From NCBI RefSeq assembly GCF_006345805.1, contig NC_043001.1:110856001-110920000 (forward strand): a DNA stretch of 64,000 nt, written 5' to 3'. The notes below the pieces were generated by a model. It worked only from the letters and a program-made list of their open reading frames with translations. It was not told the DNA's origin and searched no databases. The first letter of the stretch is position 1. Every line of letters starts with the position of its first letter. Shown one piece after another: positions 13,130 to 25,628 of the stretch. Both the position numbers and the translations under genes were made by a program. The stretch comes from Octopus sinensis (taxonomy: Eukaryota).

Positions 13130-13752
13130 TTTCCGAATGTTTAAGATTTTTAGTTCAAATCCTACTCATTCCATTGCCATTTTTCTCTACATTTTGTGTC
13201 GATAAAATTAGCACCACTCGAGCACTGGGGGTAGATATAATCTTCTAATAGCATGAATTATTATTATTATTATTATTGTTATTAAGGCGGTTTAAGGCAG
13301 CGAGCCGGCGGAAACGTTAGCACGACTGATGAAATGTTTAGTGGTATTTAACCCGTCGCTACGTTGAGTTCAAATTTCGCGGAGGCTGACTTTGCCATTC
13401 TTCCACTCGGGGTCGATAAATTAAGTACGAGTGAAACACTGGAGTAGACGTAATAGACTCATCCCTTCTCCCAAAATTTCTGCTCTTGTGGCAAAATTTG
13501 AAACCATTAACAGCGACGAGCCGTCAGAATCGTTAGTACGCCGGGCGAAATGCTTAGCGTTCCGTGTTCAAATACCGCCGAGGTCGACTTTGCCTTTCAT
13601 CATTTTGGGGTCGATTAAATAAGTACCAGTTACGGACTAGAGTCGATATAAGCGACTTAATCCGTTTGTCTGTCGTTGTTTGTCGTCTCTGTGTTTAGCC
13701 CCTTGTAGGTAGTAAAGAAATAGGTATGTGTCTTGTCGCTACGTTCTGAGTT
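13130..13752 (+). mobile_element. SINE family A tandem multimer
   Basis: Heads at ~13294 and ~13512, and three cores (ggggtcgataaatta-like). Confidence 0.85.
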
Positions 13753-14789
13753 GTATATACACGCAACCACATAATATTGAAGTCATAGTGGAATACAGTA
13801 ACGTTTCTTTTGCATATTTTAAAAAAGCTACTCCAAAGTCGGGTTAATATAGCTAATATATGAAAATATAGGAAATATCTGTAGATATTGTACGCCTATG
13901 TTTCCATATACATTCGTTTCTCGGGAAGGAGAGCAGAAGTTTGATAAATTTATTCAGCCTGATTGTTAAAAGGAATTATAAAGGCAGCTTAGAAATTGAT
14001 TGGCAGTTTAGGGATTGGGGAAAATTAAAATGATCGAAAGGAAAAGATACGAGTACACAATTTGCATGATAAAGAATTTAATATGGACGACATTTACTTG
14101 GAGCAAAACAACTTCTCAATTTTTCCAAAATTACAGTCGTTGCTAAGTGCAAGTATCTTATCAGATCTGTCATTCTTCGATGTTAGTATTGAATGTACAC
14201 ACATATAATCACCCCTGTTAATCATCATTTAAACTAAACTATGTTCTGGTCTAACAAAAGCACAAACTGAATTCTATCATCATGATAAGAAATTAGCATA
14301 ACAGTTTCACCTGCAAATGCTCCGAGGAAGACAAACCACAAAAGCACAAGAAATATCATGATAACATTGGAAAAGGTAATGAAGGACAATTATTTACGTG
14401 CGCACGTGTGTTCATGTGTGTGTGTATGTGTGTGTGAATCCGCGTGTAATTTATGAATACGGTTCCCAAACAAGGATGTGTGTTATGTTAGGATTCTAAG
14501 ACCGGTTGTCCGATTTCTATGGCGTACAATAACTGCGATCACAACTTACCGCTGAAAGAGTTGCCTGTCTATTTCAGGAATCAAGATGAGCAAATATTGA
14601 GAAACTGGGTGAAAGTAGATTATATCAAATTAAAATGCAAAGAACCGGATGAAGGGCTGCAACGACAGGTGTCTTTCTACTAAGGACGAATTAAATTAAG
14701 CTGGCGTGTGTGGAAGTGAAGCCTTACGACTGGAACATAAGAGATAAAAGTCATGGGAAGGAATATAAGGTAGCCGTCTCTTTGTATTT

Positions 14790-15320
14790 TTCTCTCCCTT
14801 CCTTTCCTAATTCTTCAATTCCTCTACCCACTACCTCTATCCTCTCCTTCCACGTGAGCGGTGTTCGACCAAGCCTGACCTTTCTTTCTTGATTCGACCA
14901 CCATCCGTGCAGCAGCTCTCGTATTCATCCCACGACTCCCACCTTCTATGTTCTTGCCATAAGGTTTCACTGTCAAAAGGCCCATGTAGTTTAATTCGTC
15001 TTTAGTCGAAAGTCAACTGTTGTTAATATCCTGTTGTTTGTACTTGTAATTGTGTACCATTTCTCCGATCTTTTTTGCGCCCTTGTTATCGTATACATTC
15101 GCTTGCTTTCTTCTTCCAAAGAATCCAGTGCCCTTAGCTTAGATTTTCTTGGGGCCGGCCAGATTAGAGTAATCTCGAGTGTAACCGGCCGCAACTGTAA
15201 AGACGATCTGGTACTCGACTGTAGATTGACACTCTGACTGATCCGTCCTTGTTTATTCAGTCCTTTGTTTGTATTGTCTAACTGTCCGAATGTCTTAATG
15301 TCACTTGTTACGCTATTGTT
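14790..15320 (+). mobile_element. interspersed repeat fragment, same family as 31380-32520 (probable Penelope-like pseudo-LTR region)
   Basis: agtcgaaagtca.ctgttgtta, gtatacattcg and gccctt.gcttaga are shared with 32000-32520; the tail ctattgttccatta is shared with the reverse complement of 31548-31620. Confidence 0.6.
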
Positions 15321-15459
15321 CCATTATTTTTTTTTTTTTTTTATATATGCATATAGCGGCGTACGTACACTTTTGGTCTCTTGTATGTAAATTTGTGTGT
15401 GTGTGTGGGTGTGTCTGTGTCTGTGTCTGTGTGTGTGCGTGTGTGTGTATGTATGCATG

Positions 15460-15636
15460 GATGCTCGTGTGTTTACGTCCATGTAACATTAGCGGTTCGG
15501 CAAAAGAGACCAACATAATAAGTACTAGGCTTACAAATAATAAGTTATGGGATGGATTTGTTCGACTAAAGGCGGTGCTCCAGCATGGCCGCATTCAAAT
15601 GACTGAAACAAGTAAAAAATAAAAGGCTAAAAGAAT
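15460..15636 (+). mobile_element. SINE family B, 3' half
   Basis: gcggttcggcaaaagagacc...ggcggtgctccagcatggccgc...gactgaaacaagtaaaa tail. Confidence 0.85.
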
Positions 15637-16492
15637 ACCTATAACATCGTTATATAACATATGACGATGTACAATTTTCATATAAACACACAAGTAATTA
15701 ACATGGAAATAGAAATCCTGTGGGTGTATACAAATATAAGCAACTAACAAACAATTTCATAATGCAGTATTATTCGCGTATCTTAGTTTTCGGACATTAA
15801 TTTTAAGAATTTCATGAATAATTAAAGATATTCCCAGTTTTACCACAAATTGAATCTTTTTGTAATCTTCAGGTTTCGCAGTTCATCGGATTATCATTTT
15901 TAGTGATTTGGTTTCTACATTTCTGTGCGTCGAAAAACATGGTCGCTGGTTTGAGTCTGAATAATAATCGTTGCCTCAGAATTATAAATGTTTTTTTACA
16001 AGCAAATTGAATTATTGTTACTTGAGTAATCAGGAAAAAAATGACGTCAGTATATTCTCTTGTCAGTTTTGATGGAAGAGACATATAATCAAAGAAGATA
16101 ATTTTGTAACCGTCCCTAGAGAGTTGAAATATTATAGAGATGGAATTGCTGTTTCTACTCAGTTCAGTAAACGCGTATAGTTCTTCTCAATGAATAGTAG
16201 TGTCTAGGATTTTACCTAGAGTCATGAGGATTTAAATACCAGTCCTTGCTAATCATGATAATACTCACTTGATCTCACTTGGGTTATCACAGGGTGGCAT
16301 TTACAATTTCAATATAGTAATAATATATAGCAATACTAAAAATGATAATTGTAGTATTGATAACGGCCGCCCAAAGGTACTATAACGGGCATGTGATGGT
16401 CAATAAGCAATAATTATTTACATAACGAAGTACATATGGCCAAGCTTGTATACTTTTGTATATAAATAATTGTTGATATTATTAATACTTCT

Positions 16493-17385
16493 AAGGTGGT
16501 GCGCTGGCAGAAACGTTAGCATGCTGGACGAAATGCGTAGCCGTATTTCATCTGCCGCTACGTTCTGAGTTCAAATTCCGCCGAGGTCGACTTTGCCTTT
16601 CATCCTTTCGGAGTTGATAAATTAAGTACCAGTTACGGACTGGGGTCGATATAATCGACGTAATCCGTTTGTCTGTCCTTGTTTGTGCTCTCTGTGTTTA
16701 GCCCCTTGTGGGTAGTAAAGAAATAGGCATTTCGTCCATCCTTGCGTTCTGAGTTCAAATTCCACTGAAGTTGAATCGCCTTTCATTCTTTCGGGGTCGA
16801 TAAATCAAGTACCTGGGGTCGATGTAATCGATAAATTAAGTACACTGGGGTCGATGTAATCGACTCATACCCCACCTCCCACAAAATTTCGGGCCTTGTG
16901 CCTAGATTAGAAAAGAATGTTATTCATACTTCTAAGACGGAGAGCTGGCAGAAACGTTAGCATGCTGGTCGAAATGCTTAGTGGTATTTCCTCTGTCTTT
17001 AGGTTCTGAGTTCAAATTCCGCCGAGGTCAACATTGCCTTTGATCCTTTTGGAGTTAATAATTTAAATACCAGATGCGTAGTGCTTCGATCTAATTCACT
17101 GACCCCTCCCCCAAAATTTCGGGCCTTGTGCCTAGAGTACAAATAAAATATTATCAATTATTCTGTGAAGGCGGCGAGCCGGTAGAAACTTTAGCACGCC
17201 GGGCAAAATGCTTAGCTGCTTTTCGCCCGTCTTTACGTTCCTAATTCAAGCTACATCGAGGTCGACTTTGCCTTTCCTCCTCTCGGTGTCAAGAAAATAA
17301 TACCTGTTGAGCACTGGGCTTGAGGTAATCGACTTACACCCTACTTCGAAATCGCAGGTCTTATTTCAAAATTTCACACCAATAT
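16493..17385 (+). mobile_element. cluster of at least four SINE family A units
   Basis: Heads at ~16493, ~16957 and ~17168, with repeated B-box gagttcaaattcc and cores. Confidence 0.9.
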
Positions 17386-17689
17386 GATTTACTTGTGATA
17401 TTCCTGATGGCTAGTAGGTAGAGTAATAGCATAGCTGAATTTTTTCTACTTGACCTGGTGCCAGTAGAACTGTGCATTTACGAATTTCTGTAAGACATGT
17501 AGTAGTTTTGATAACATTCGAAACAACATCTATTTTAGTGAGCGTGATGGCATAGCTGGAATTGTTTTTAACATTTGCTTAGGGTTTTCTAGCTTGACAC
17601 TCAGTATTGGCCGACTTGACGTGTGTGATTTTGAGAATCATTGACAAATTCATATTTATAAGATGGAGCGAAATCGGTCTGTTTCCTAT

Positions 17690-18206
17690 GACTGATAACG
17701 TTTTTAATTAAAAAAATATTTAAAAATAATTACATAGAATGTGCGCATTGATGGCGTCTATGTTAAAAAAGATAGCGGATTTTATCATCTCCTGAGACGG
17801 AATGAAGATTTCCCTAACAACGCATTTAATATTCATAAACCGTACAACGATTAATGTGTTGTATATGAAAGTTCGTAGAAAATTAGTGGTAGCTCTCTCT
17901 ACATGTTTTACAATCCGCAGAACAAGACTCGTTCTACGTTCGATGTGGAGAGTAGGACAAATTCCTCTCAGAAACTTGTACACTGCATTGAGTATTTCCT
18001 GGAGAACAGAACACGTGTTGCAGGAGATTCCGAAGACGTCTGGAGGCCGTGGTTGAATCAAAGACGATTTTATTGAATGAATTTTTTTCTTTAGTATTAC
18101 AAGCTATTTTTATGTAATTTTGGTAAATATATCTGTTAAAATGAGATGTCAGTGTTATTTTCCTTTTGGCGTAATTTAGACTACAATTTATTCACCGTAT
18201 CTTGAG

Positions 18207-18208
<2 letters not shown>
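17690..18208 (+). mobile_element. Tc1/mariner maT (DD37D-like) transposase 3' relic with right TIR remnant
   Basis: Remnant C-terminus CRRFRRRLEAVVES.DDFIE* (gcaggagattccgaagacgtctggaggccgtggttgaatc) and end acaatttattcaccgtatcttg-TA. Confidence 0.55.
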
Positions 18209-18238
<30 letters not shown>

Positions 18239-18252
18239 TACAAATATATATG

Positions 18253-18329
<77 letters not shown>

Positions 18330-18429
18330 TATGCATATATATATACATATGTATACATAGATATATATTTACATATGTATGTATATATATATACATATGT
18401 ATACATGGATATATATTTACATATATATG

Positions 18430-18482
<53 letters not shown>

Positions 18483-18495
18483 CATATATATATAT

Positions 18496-18533
<38 letters not shown>

Positions 18534-18538
18534 CATAC

Positions 18539-18571
<33 letters not shown>

Positions 18572-18589
18572 CATATATATATACATATA

Positions 18590-18653
<64 letters not shown>

Positions 18654-18660
18654 GTATATA
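18207..18660. repeat. (AT)n-rich microsatellite block
   Basis: Directly visible. Confidence 0.95.
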
Positions 18661-19459
18661 TAAACATGCTAAAGCGGTATATGAACCGGCTCTTCTCGTC
18701 CTGATTTATAATGCATCGGAGCACAAATTTGTCTTTCAGGGTCAATAAAATAACCTCCCTGTAACAAGTGACGGTACCTACGTAATCCCTTCCCCAACAA
18801 GAAATGGTGACCTTGTGGCCGAATCAGAAACTATTTTAAATTCAGAAACCATACATATACACATCCAACGATTACTACTCACTTGCATGCGAATTTGGTA
18901 GCTGTTTCACGTATTTCTCTTATCTCTTTAGGCCCAGAGAAAACAATGTATACACTCATGAACATCCTATATTTTAGATAACAAGTGCACTACCTTACAA
19001 GATCCCTATTTTTCCATTGTTTTTTAAAACTGAGGGATGATAACATGAAATTAGTCCGCAAGCTTTGAAATGCGTATTAATAGGTTCGATTCTATGGTGT
19101 ATACTTGGGTATTAGCGCATCACTGTAAAATTTTAATATAAGTGTAGGCGTAGGAAATGAGGTGGATTTAACCACATGTTACTACTGGTAGTTATTTAAC
19201 AGATGGCAAATATAAATGAAACTGTACTTAAAATATGTTCTAGTCTGAGTTTAAACAGGAGGAAATATTTTAGGTATTTTAAAATTTTAAATGTTAGCAT
19301 TAAAAGTTATGGACATAAATTTTAATAAACGCTGAATACTTGGAAAGTTGAAGCTACTCTTACAGGCGTTTACAAAATTTACCATTAAAACGATACAAAT
19401 ATTCATACTTTGAGTTGTCGTTGTGAAATATAAGTGAAGATACCAAAAAGTAACCAGAA

Positions 19460-19680
19460 ACGCTCTCTCTGGGGCAATGCGTTGTAGTTCAGGCTTCCGC
19501 CGTTATAAGCCGCTTGATGAACAGAAAGCGTGCATTATGGCAGCATTCACCAAATTAAACAAGACCGCCCAGAAGAAGAGTTGCAGGAGATGAATGAATT
19601 AACTCTTTAGTATTACAAGCTATTTTAATGAAATTTTGGTAACTATATCTGTTAAACTGAGATGTCAATGTTATTTTCTG
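19460..19680 (+). mobile_element. second maT-type 3' relic
   Basis: DEQKACIMAAFTKLNK...CRR, then a 3' segment (ctttagtattacaagctattttt...gagatgtca.tgttattttc) near-identical to 18090-18165. Confidence 0.6.
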
Positions 19681-19689
19681 TATATGTTA

Positions 19690-20390
19690 TACTGCTAGGT
19701 GGTGCGTCTTTGTTTTTCAGTATTTCTCCCCTGTTCGTCAAATTTTGCGATGGCTGAAACGAAGGGACAGTGTGTTCCCGTGAATTACATTTTTCCTGCT
19801 GGAGAAAGCGGCTGCCGAACCAGTTGTAATACTTCAAACAGCTTACAAGGACGCTACCGGGAGAAAAAAACAAGGTTATGAATGGTTTTCACGCTTTAGC
19901 AATAATAACTTGAGGAGCAACCGCGCTCAGGGCGACCGTCGACCTCCAAAACGAAAGAAAACATCATGAAAATTCATGAAATGATTTTGGAGGACCGAAT
20001 AATAGACGAACTTTTTGATATCGTTGGTATGTCCTCGAGCTCCTTCCATTTTCAGCTAGTAATTGCGAATGAAAATATGTGCCTCGCTCGCTCATGTGAG
20101 ATGAAAGAACAGTTGGAAGTTGATCCGGACCCCTTTACGAAGGTAATCAGTGGTGACGAAAGCTGGTGCGACGAAATTTGCAAATGTGGAAGAGGGGGAA
20201 AAAAACCCATGTGTTAAAAGGCAGTACTTCGCAAGAGTTCCAGCAATGTTTCCGACAGTGGAAAATGCTTCTGGACCGATCACTGCTTCAAACGGAGACT
20301 ACTTTGGAGGTGATAAAAGTGTAAACTTGTAAAACCAAGTGAATAAAATAATACTGCAAAATTGCAGTGTCTTTTATGTACCCCCTCATA
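19690..20390 (+). mobile_element. mariner (DD34D-type) relic, internally deleted
   Basis: ATG at 19750: MAETKGQ...YEWFSRF...PRSGRPSTSKT (HTH region), then ISGDESWC (first catalytic D motif), then a jump to the C-terminus SNGDYFGGDKSVNL*; TIR remnant tatgtaccccctca-TA. Confidence 0.85.
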
Positions 20391-20807
20391 TACATATTTG
20401 AAACACTGTGCGTTTTAGTGCTACGCTGTCGTAATTAAATCATTAGTTTATTCTGTGATTTTCTTACAATGGGATTTATTAACGAAACCTTGGAGGTAGT
20501 GGAGATAACATTATTGTAACCAAATCCATATTGGTTATCTATTCTTAATTATTCTGTAAACGTAACTTTATCTATACTTTGAATTACAATTTCGCTTATA
20601 ATTGCATTGAGGCGCGTATCTCTAAAACAATCGTTTTCGAAAAGGAATAAGTTGCAATGTATATTTTCAACTAGCAGAGATACCAGGCGTTGCTCGGAAT
20701 TAAAATAGTTTGCATATATATATTATAGTTAGATTGAAAAAGATGACACGGCAAAGTGCTGCATTGACAAGACATTTGTGAAGTATATGATGAGCTAATT
20801 CGAGTAA

Positions 20808-21039
20808 CCTATTTCTTTATTACCCACAAGGGGCTAAATACAGAGGGGACAAACAAAGACAGGCATAGGTATTAAGTCGATTACATCGACCCCAGTGCGT
20901 AGCTGGTACTTAATTTATCGACCCCGAAAGGATGAAAAGCAAAGTCGACCTCGGCGGAATTTGAACTCACACCGTAACGCAGACGAAATACCGCTAAGCA
21001 TTTCGCCCGGCGTGCTAACGTTTCTGTCAGCTCGCCGCC
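20808..21039 (-). mobile_element. SINE family A nested in the Helitron
   Basis: Full head-to-tail reverse complement, ending gctcgccgcc. Confidence 0.92.
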
Positions 21040-21124
21040 TAATTCGAGTAACCGATATGTCACGCGTTCGTGTGGAGTATACCAGTAATGGGGGATTGGG
21101 AGCGAAAGGGACCATGTGATTTTA

Positions 21125-21965
21125 GAACGCACCGAAAAGCTGTCAGTGGATATACTCTCCTTAGCGGTGGTCAGCGTTGCATCTAAGACGACCCGTCGCC
21201 TGACGTTTTGAAACCTTCGTGTGTGTTTGTTGCCCTACATCACTCATAAAGTAAATTTAGAGAAACTGTGGTTGTTCATTTGTGGGCAACAGGAAAGCAA
21301 TGAGGTGATAGACTTGCTTAAATCCTTGTTCAGCTATCTCCTTAGATGCACCAAACGATGTTATTTGAAATGCAGAGTTATATTGTCTGATATTGTTCAG
21401 AAAATCCTCTGATCGGATGGAAGTACGTTCCAGAAGATCCATAAGAGATAGAGGAGGAGGTGGTAGTTCTGTCAATATTACATTATTGTCTGAGCAGCAC
21501 ATGGTATTAGTTATATTTGCAGAAACGACAATTTGAGTTTAGCCCATCAGTTTGGACAAAATTATCACTTTTATGAGAATGGGAGTTACCATATCCGAAA
21601 GCAGCTCCAGAAGTTGCTGATCTTGGGAAAGTCTCATCTCCCTCCGCTCATGAGACTACTTTTGATATACTGCAGCATGCATTTGCTGATCTTGGGAGGG
21701 TCTCTCTTCTGTATTGAGACTCCATCTGACATGCGTTGGTTGATCTTGAGAATGTCTCATATTGCTTCTGCCTTAAAACTCCATTTGATTCGCTGCAGCA
21801 TGTGTTTACTGATCTTGGTAAAGTCTCATTTCTCTTCTCTCTTGAGACACCATTTGACGTGTTGGGGCATGCCTTTGCTCATCTTGAGAAAGTGTCATCT
21901 GGCTTCTGTTTTGAGACTCCATTTAATGTGCTGCAGCATGAGTTTGCTGATCTTGGGAAAGTCTC
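21125..21965 (-). pseudogene. Helitron RepHel N-terminal relic (69-bp/23-aa repeats, CxxC..CC motif, pre-Rep segment)
   Basis: Repeats like ESQERREMRLSQDQQ.HAA.RQM; then NCRFCK and MCCSDNNVILTELPPPP...FLNNIRQYNSAFQITSFGA...QVYHLIAFLLPTNEQPQFL*IYFM, typical of the RepHel segment before the Rep domain; stops and frameshifts present. Confidence 0.85.
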
Positions 21966-23904
21966 AAAGATATAACTGAAATAAGATGAACTTAGTGTTA
22001 TTACATTAGAATTACAAATGAAAGAATAAAAGCGAAACTATTATTTAACGCGTTATGCAGAACCAGTGCTAATGTTATATTATTTTAATCCAAATGCAAA
22101 ACAAAAGTTACATGATGGCAATCACGGGACCTGATACTATTAGTTGTAAAATTTTATTTGAATTGGTCGAGCCGTTTGAGAATGCGTAGGTAACAGACAG
22201 AGAAACAAAGAATTTTATATACACGGATGTAATACAAAGTAAATTGCCATATCTTATTATCTGAGTAGTATTTGAAGAGTGATTTAGCCAACAGATATCT
22301 CAATATGAATCCAGTTTCTTGTATGAATGTCAAAATAGTATTTGTTTGATACTAGGGCTGGGGGTTAATATCAAAACACAGTCTATATTAGGAAATTTGT
22401 CGTAAGCATTCTGCCAGGAAGACCTCCTCGGCATTGGGAAAATGTTTCCCTTCATTTGTCGCTGATATGGCTACGTCACTCCTATATTTCCTTATTTAAG
22501 CGAAATATTGATTTTTCTGTTTTAAATATAAATCATTTCTTGTTGTTTCTCTCTCTCGCTTACACTGTCAATCTTCCTTGATTATTTACTACAGAAAAAC
22601 TGTCACTAACGACTAATTTCAAAATTTCTCAACAGCACATAGTCTTTCGAATAAGGTTTCACTACCAATTTACACGCACACAGACATACACACATAAGAA
22701 AAAATACTGAATTATGATGTGAAATATTTATTTAAGCATCTGCATTTTTAAGGATTGCCTATATTTAAGATATTTCCGTTAAGGAACTAAGAATTCAATA
22801 GCAAGGCTCTAAGCTAATTTAATAAGAAGTGCGACGTATTTTCTTCGGTAAATGAAATATTTCATCACATGAAAACCAGTTGATTTGTAAACTAAGATAG
22901 CAATATTTATTAGTATAACTACTAGAGCTACCGTCAATTTCAATATTTCCTTATTTATAATACATGTATATATGGAGTGTGTACCTTGTGATCGGATGGA
23001 TATGCATTTGTAGATGTCGAATGTACAGGCCTGGGTTAATTTCTCACGTAAATCACTTGTTATTTATCAAGAGAAAGATATGAAGTGCATACGTTTATCA
23101 AATTCTTATCTGTCACAATTACAGTTGCCAGAAGGCAAATCTGTAAATAGATACTTTAAGGATTAACACTCGATACTGCACTATTTCGACCATACACTGT
23201 ATTAAGATGTTTCGTTATTTATTCACCCCCAAATGCAAGGGTCATTTTGGCTGAGAATTGTACACAAACTTGGCATGTAAAGGAAATACTGGAAAGCGCT
23301 CCAACGGCTCTGTCCATATACCGCCTTGAACGTAAAAATAACATCAGCATAAATGTAAACCACTAGCAAAATTAATCAATTTCTGAGTTATATTTCTCTT
23401 TTTATTTCACTGGATTCAATCAGTAAAACTTGTGCTCAGAAAATACAAATTTGCAAGTATATTTTACTATATGTTTTATATAGAAATGCATAAAAATAAT
23501 CTATAATAAACATTATTTTTGATAGCATATTGATGTGATGTTATTGTTGCAGTCTCCCCCTTGATGCACACTGATTAAAGTTATAGCCGTGAGCAGAACG
23601 CCAATTGAATGGAAATTAGGAGAACAATATCAGAGTACGGTGAGATGCAATAAAGGTGATTTGGTAGTATTTCTTAGCTGGTAGAACGAGCAGATTTAAG
23701 TTCCATCGTTGCCTAATTTGCTTTGAAAGTAACATTAGTGGCAAAAATATTCAGCATTCGCTCCCTATTGCCGCTACATAGCCGTATCTATGTCAAAGTG
23801 ACTCAGAGTGTTTATATAATTTCTATAAAATTCAAATAGTCAAATATTACCATTGACATTAATTCATGCTTATGCATATTATCATACACACATATATATT
23901 TCGT

Positions 23905-24311
23905 TATTTTCCACAGGGAGCTAAACGCAGAGGGGAAAAACAAGAACATACAAAGAGATTCATGCGATTACATCAACCCCATTGCGAAACTGGTACTTAT
24001 TTAATCGATCCCGAAAGGATGAAAGGGAAAGTCGACCTCGGCGGAATTTGAACTCAGAACTTAACGGCAGATGAAATACCTATTTCTTTACTACCGACAA
24101 GGGGCTAAACACAGAGAGGACAAACAAGGACAGACAAACGGATTAAGTCGATTATATCGACCCCAGTGCGTAACTGATACTTATTTAATCGACCCCAAAA
24201 GGATGAAAGGCAAAGTCGACCTCGGCGAAATTTGAACTCAGCACATAACGGCAGACGAAATACCGCTAAGCATTTCACCCGTCGTAGTAACGACCTCGCC
24301 AGCTCGCCGCC
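23905..24311 (-). mobile_element. SINE family A dimer
   Basis: Two gtcgacctcggcg.aatttgaactcag units; head ends gccagctcgccgcc. Confidence 0.9.
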
Positions 24312-25231
24312 ATATTTTTCACACATATAACCACACTTATGTAATTACGCGCTCGTGCGTGTGAAATGATGATTGTTCATTTACGAAATGCATCTATGAA
24401 GAGTGAAACAGTAACGATCAATCTTGCAACGCTACGATATTTCGAGTCCATATTTTTGGGACTAGCCCTAATCACAAACCCGAATCCAGTTATTTAAAAT
24501 TAGGCTTATTTACGAGTAGGAACAGCGAAGGGTCTTCACGACAATGTGGAAAATGTGGATATGGAATATCGACAAAATAAAAACTTAGTAGAAATTTGAA
24601 TAAACATTCATAACCTTTCACGCTGTTAAAGGGAAAATATAAAAGTCTTTTTAAAAGTTTGTTACAAAATGAAACAGAATTGTATAACAGTTTCTGAAAA
24701 GCTATAAGTTGTTATGAAATTTTTGCAATTCTTACGCGTGCAAATGTATTCTTAAAAATTGTGAGAGATAATTATTTTTGTTACGTACAGAAAGTTAAGG
24801 AAAACGCTGGAATCTCAAGCACCATAAAAACAAAAGCAATTTGCTTTTTATCAAATGTTACTCTTAATGGAGCTTTTTTGAAATTACTTGCTAAGTTCAT
24901 TTAAATTTAAACCGTGGTATTTCAGTTCTGTGTTTAAATATTGTTTCACAAGTTTTATCAGGTTGAGCAGTATGCAATAACTACCAGAAAATTGCTGTTA
25001 TGGCCTTTCATTAAATTTGTTGATGAGAATAAAATTAACACTTTGCTTTTTAATTGCAAGGTATTGGCAGGAATTCATAATGTGATGATATTATCAATGT
25101 TGAGTAATTATTTTGGAGAAAAAAAAACGGGTACTTTATAGAAGGTATATCCTGGTGTCTGTATTGATGGCGATCACTATATGTAATGTTGAGCGAATAA
25201 TGAAACGACATGTGACACATGTAATTATATA

Positions 25232-25628
25232 GGCGCAGGAGTGGCTGTGTGGTAAGTAGCTTGCTTACCAACCACATGGTTCCGAGTTCAGTCCGACTGC
25301 TTGGCAACTTGGGCAAGTGTCTTCTACTATAGCCTCGGGTCGACCGAAGCCTTATGAGTGGATTCGGTAGGCGGAAACTGAAAGAAGCCCGTCGTATATA
25401 TTTATATGTATATGCATGTGTGTCTGAATGTATTTGTGTGTCTGTGTTTGTTCCCCCAACATCACTTGACAACCGATGCTGATGTGTTTACGTCACCGTA
25501 ACCTAGCGGTTCGGCAGAAGACACCGATAGAATAAGTCCTAAGGTCGATTTCCTAGAGTAAAGGCGGTGCTCCAGCATGGCGACAGTCAAATGACTGAAA
25601 TATCTAAAAGAGCAAAAGAGTAAAAGAG
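25232..25628 (+). mobile_element. tRNA-derived SINE family B, full length
   Basis: ggcgcaggagtggctgtgtggtaagtagc head, ggttccgagttcagtcc B-box, cttgggcaagtgtctt core, (AT)/(GT) spacer, aaaagagt tail. Confidence 0.92.

Larger units (their letters stand above)
20671..22227 (-). mobile_element. Helitron, internally deleted, both termini present
   Basis: Minus strand: A^TC at 22227 (tccgtgtatataaaattc), 3' hairpin ccgagcaacgcctgg, and CTAG^T at 20674-20671. The AT target is the Helitron hallmark. Confidence 0.85.
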
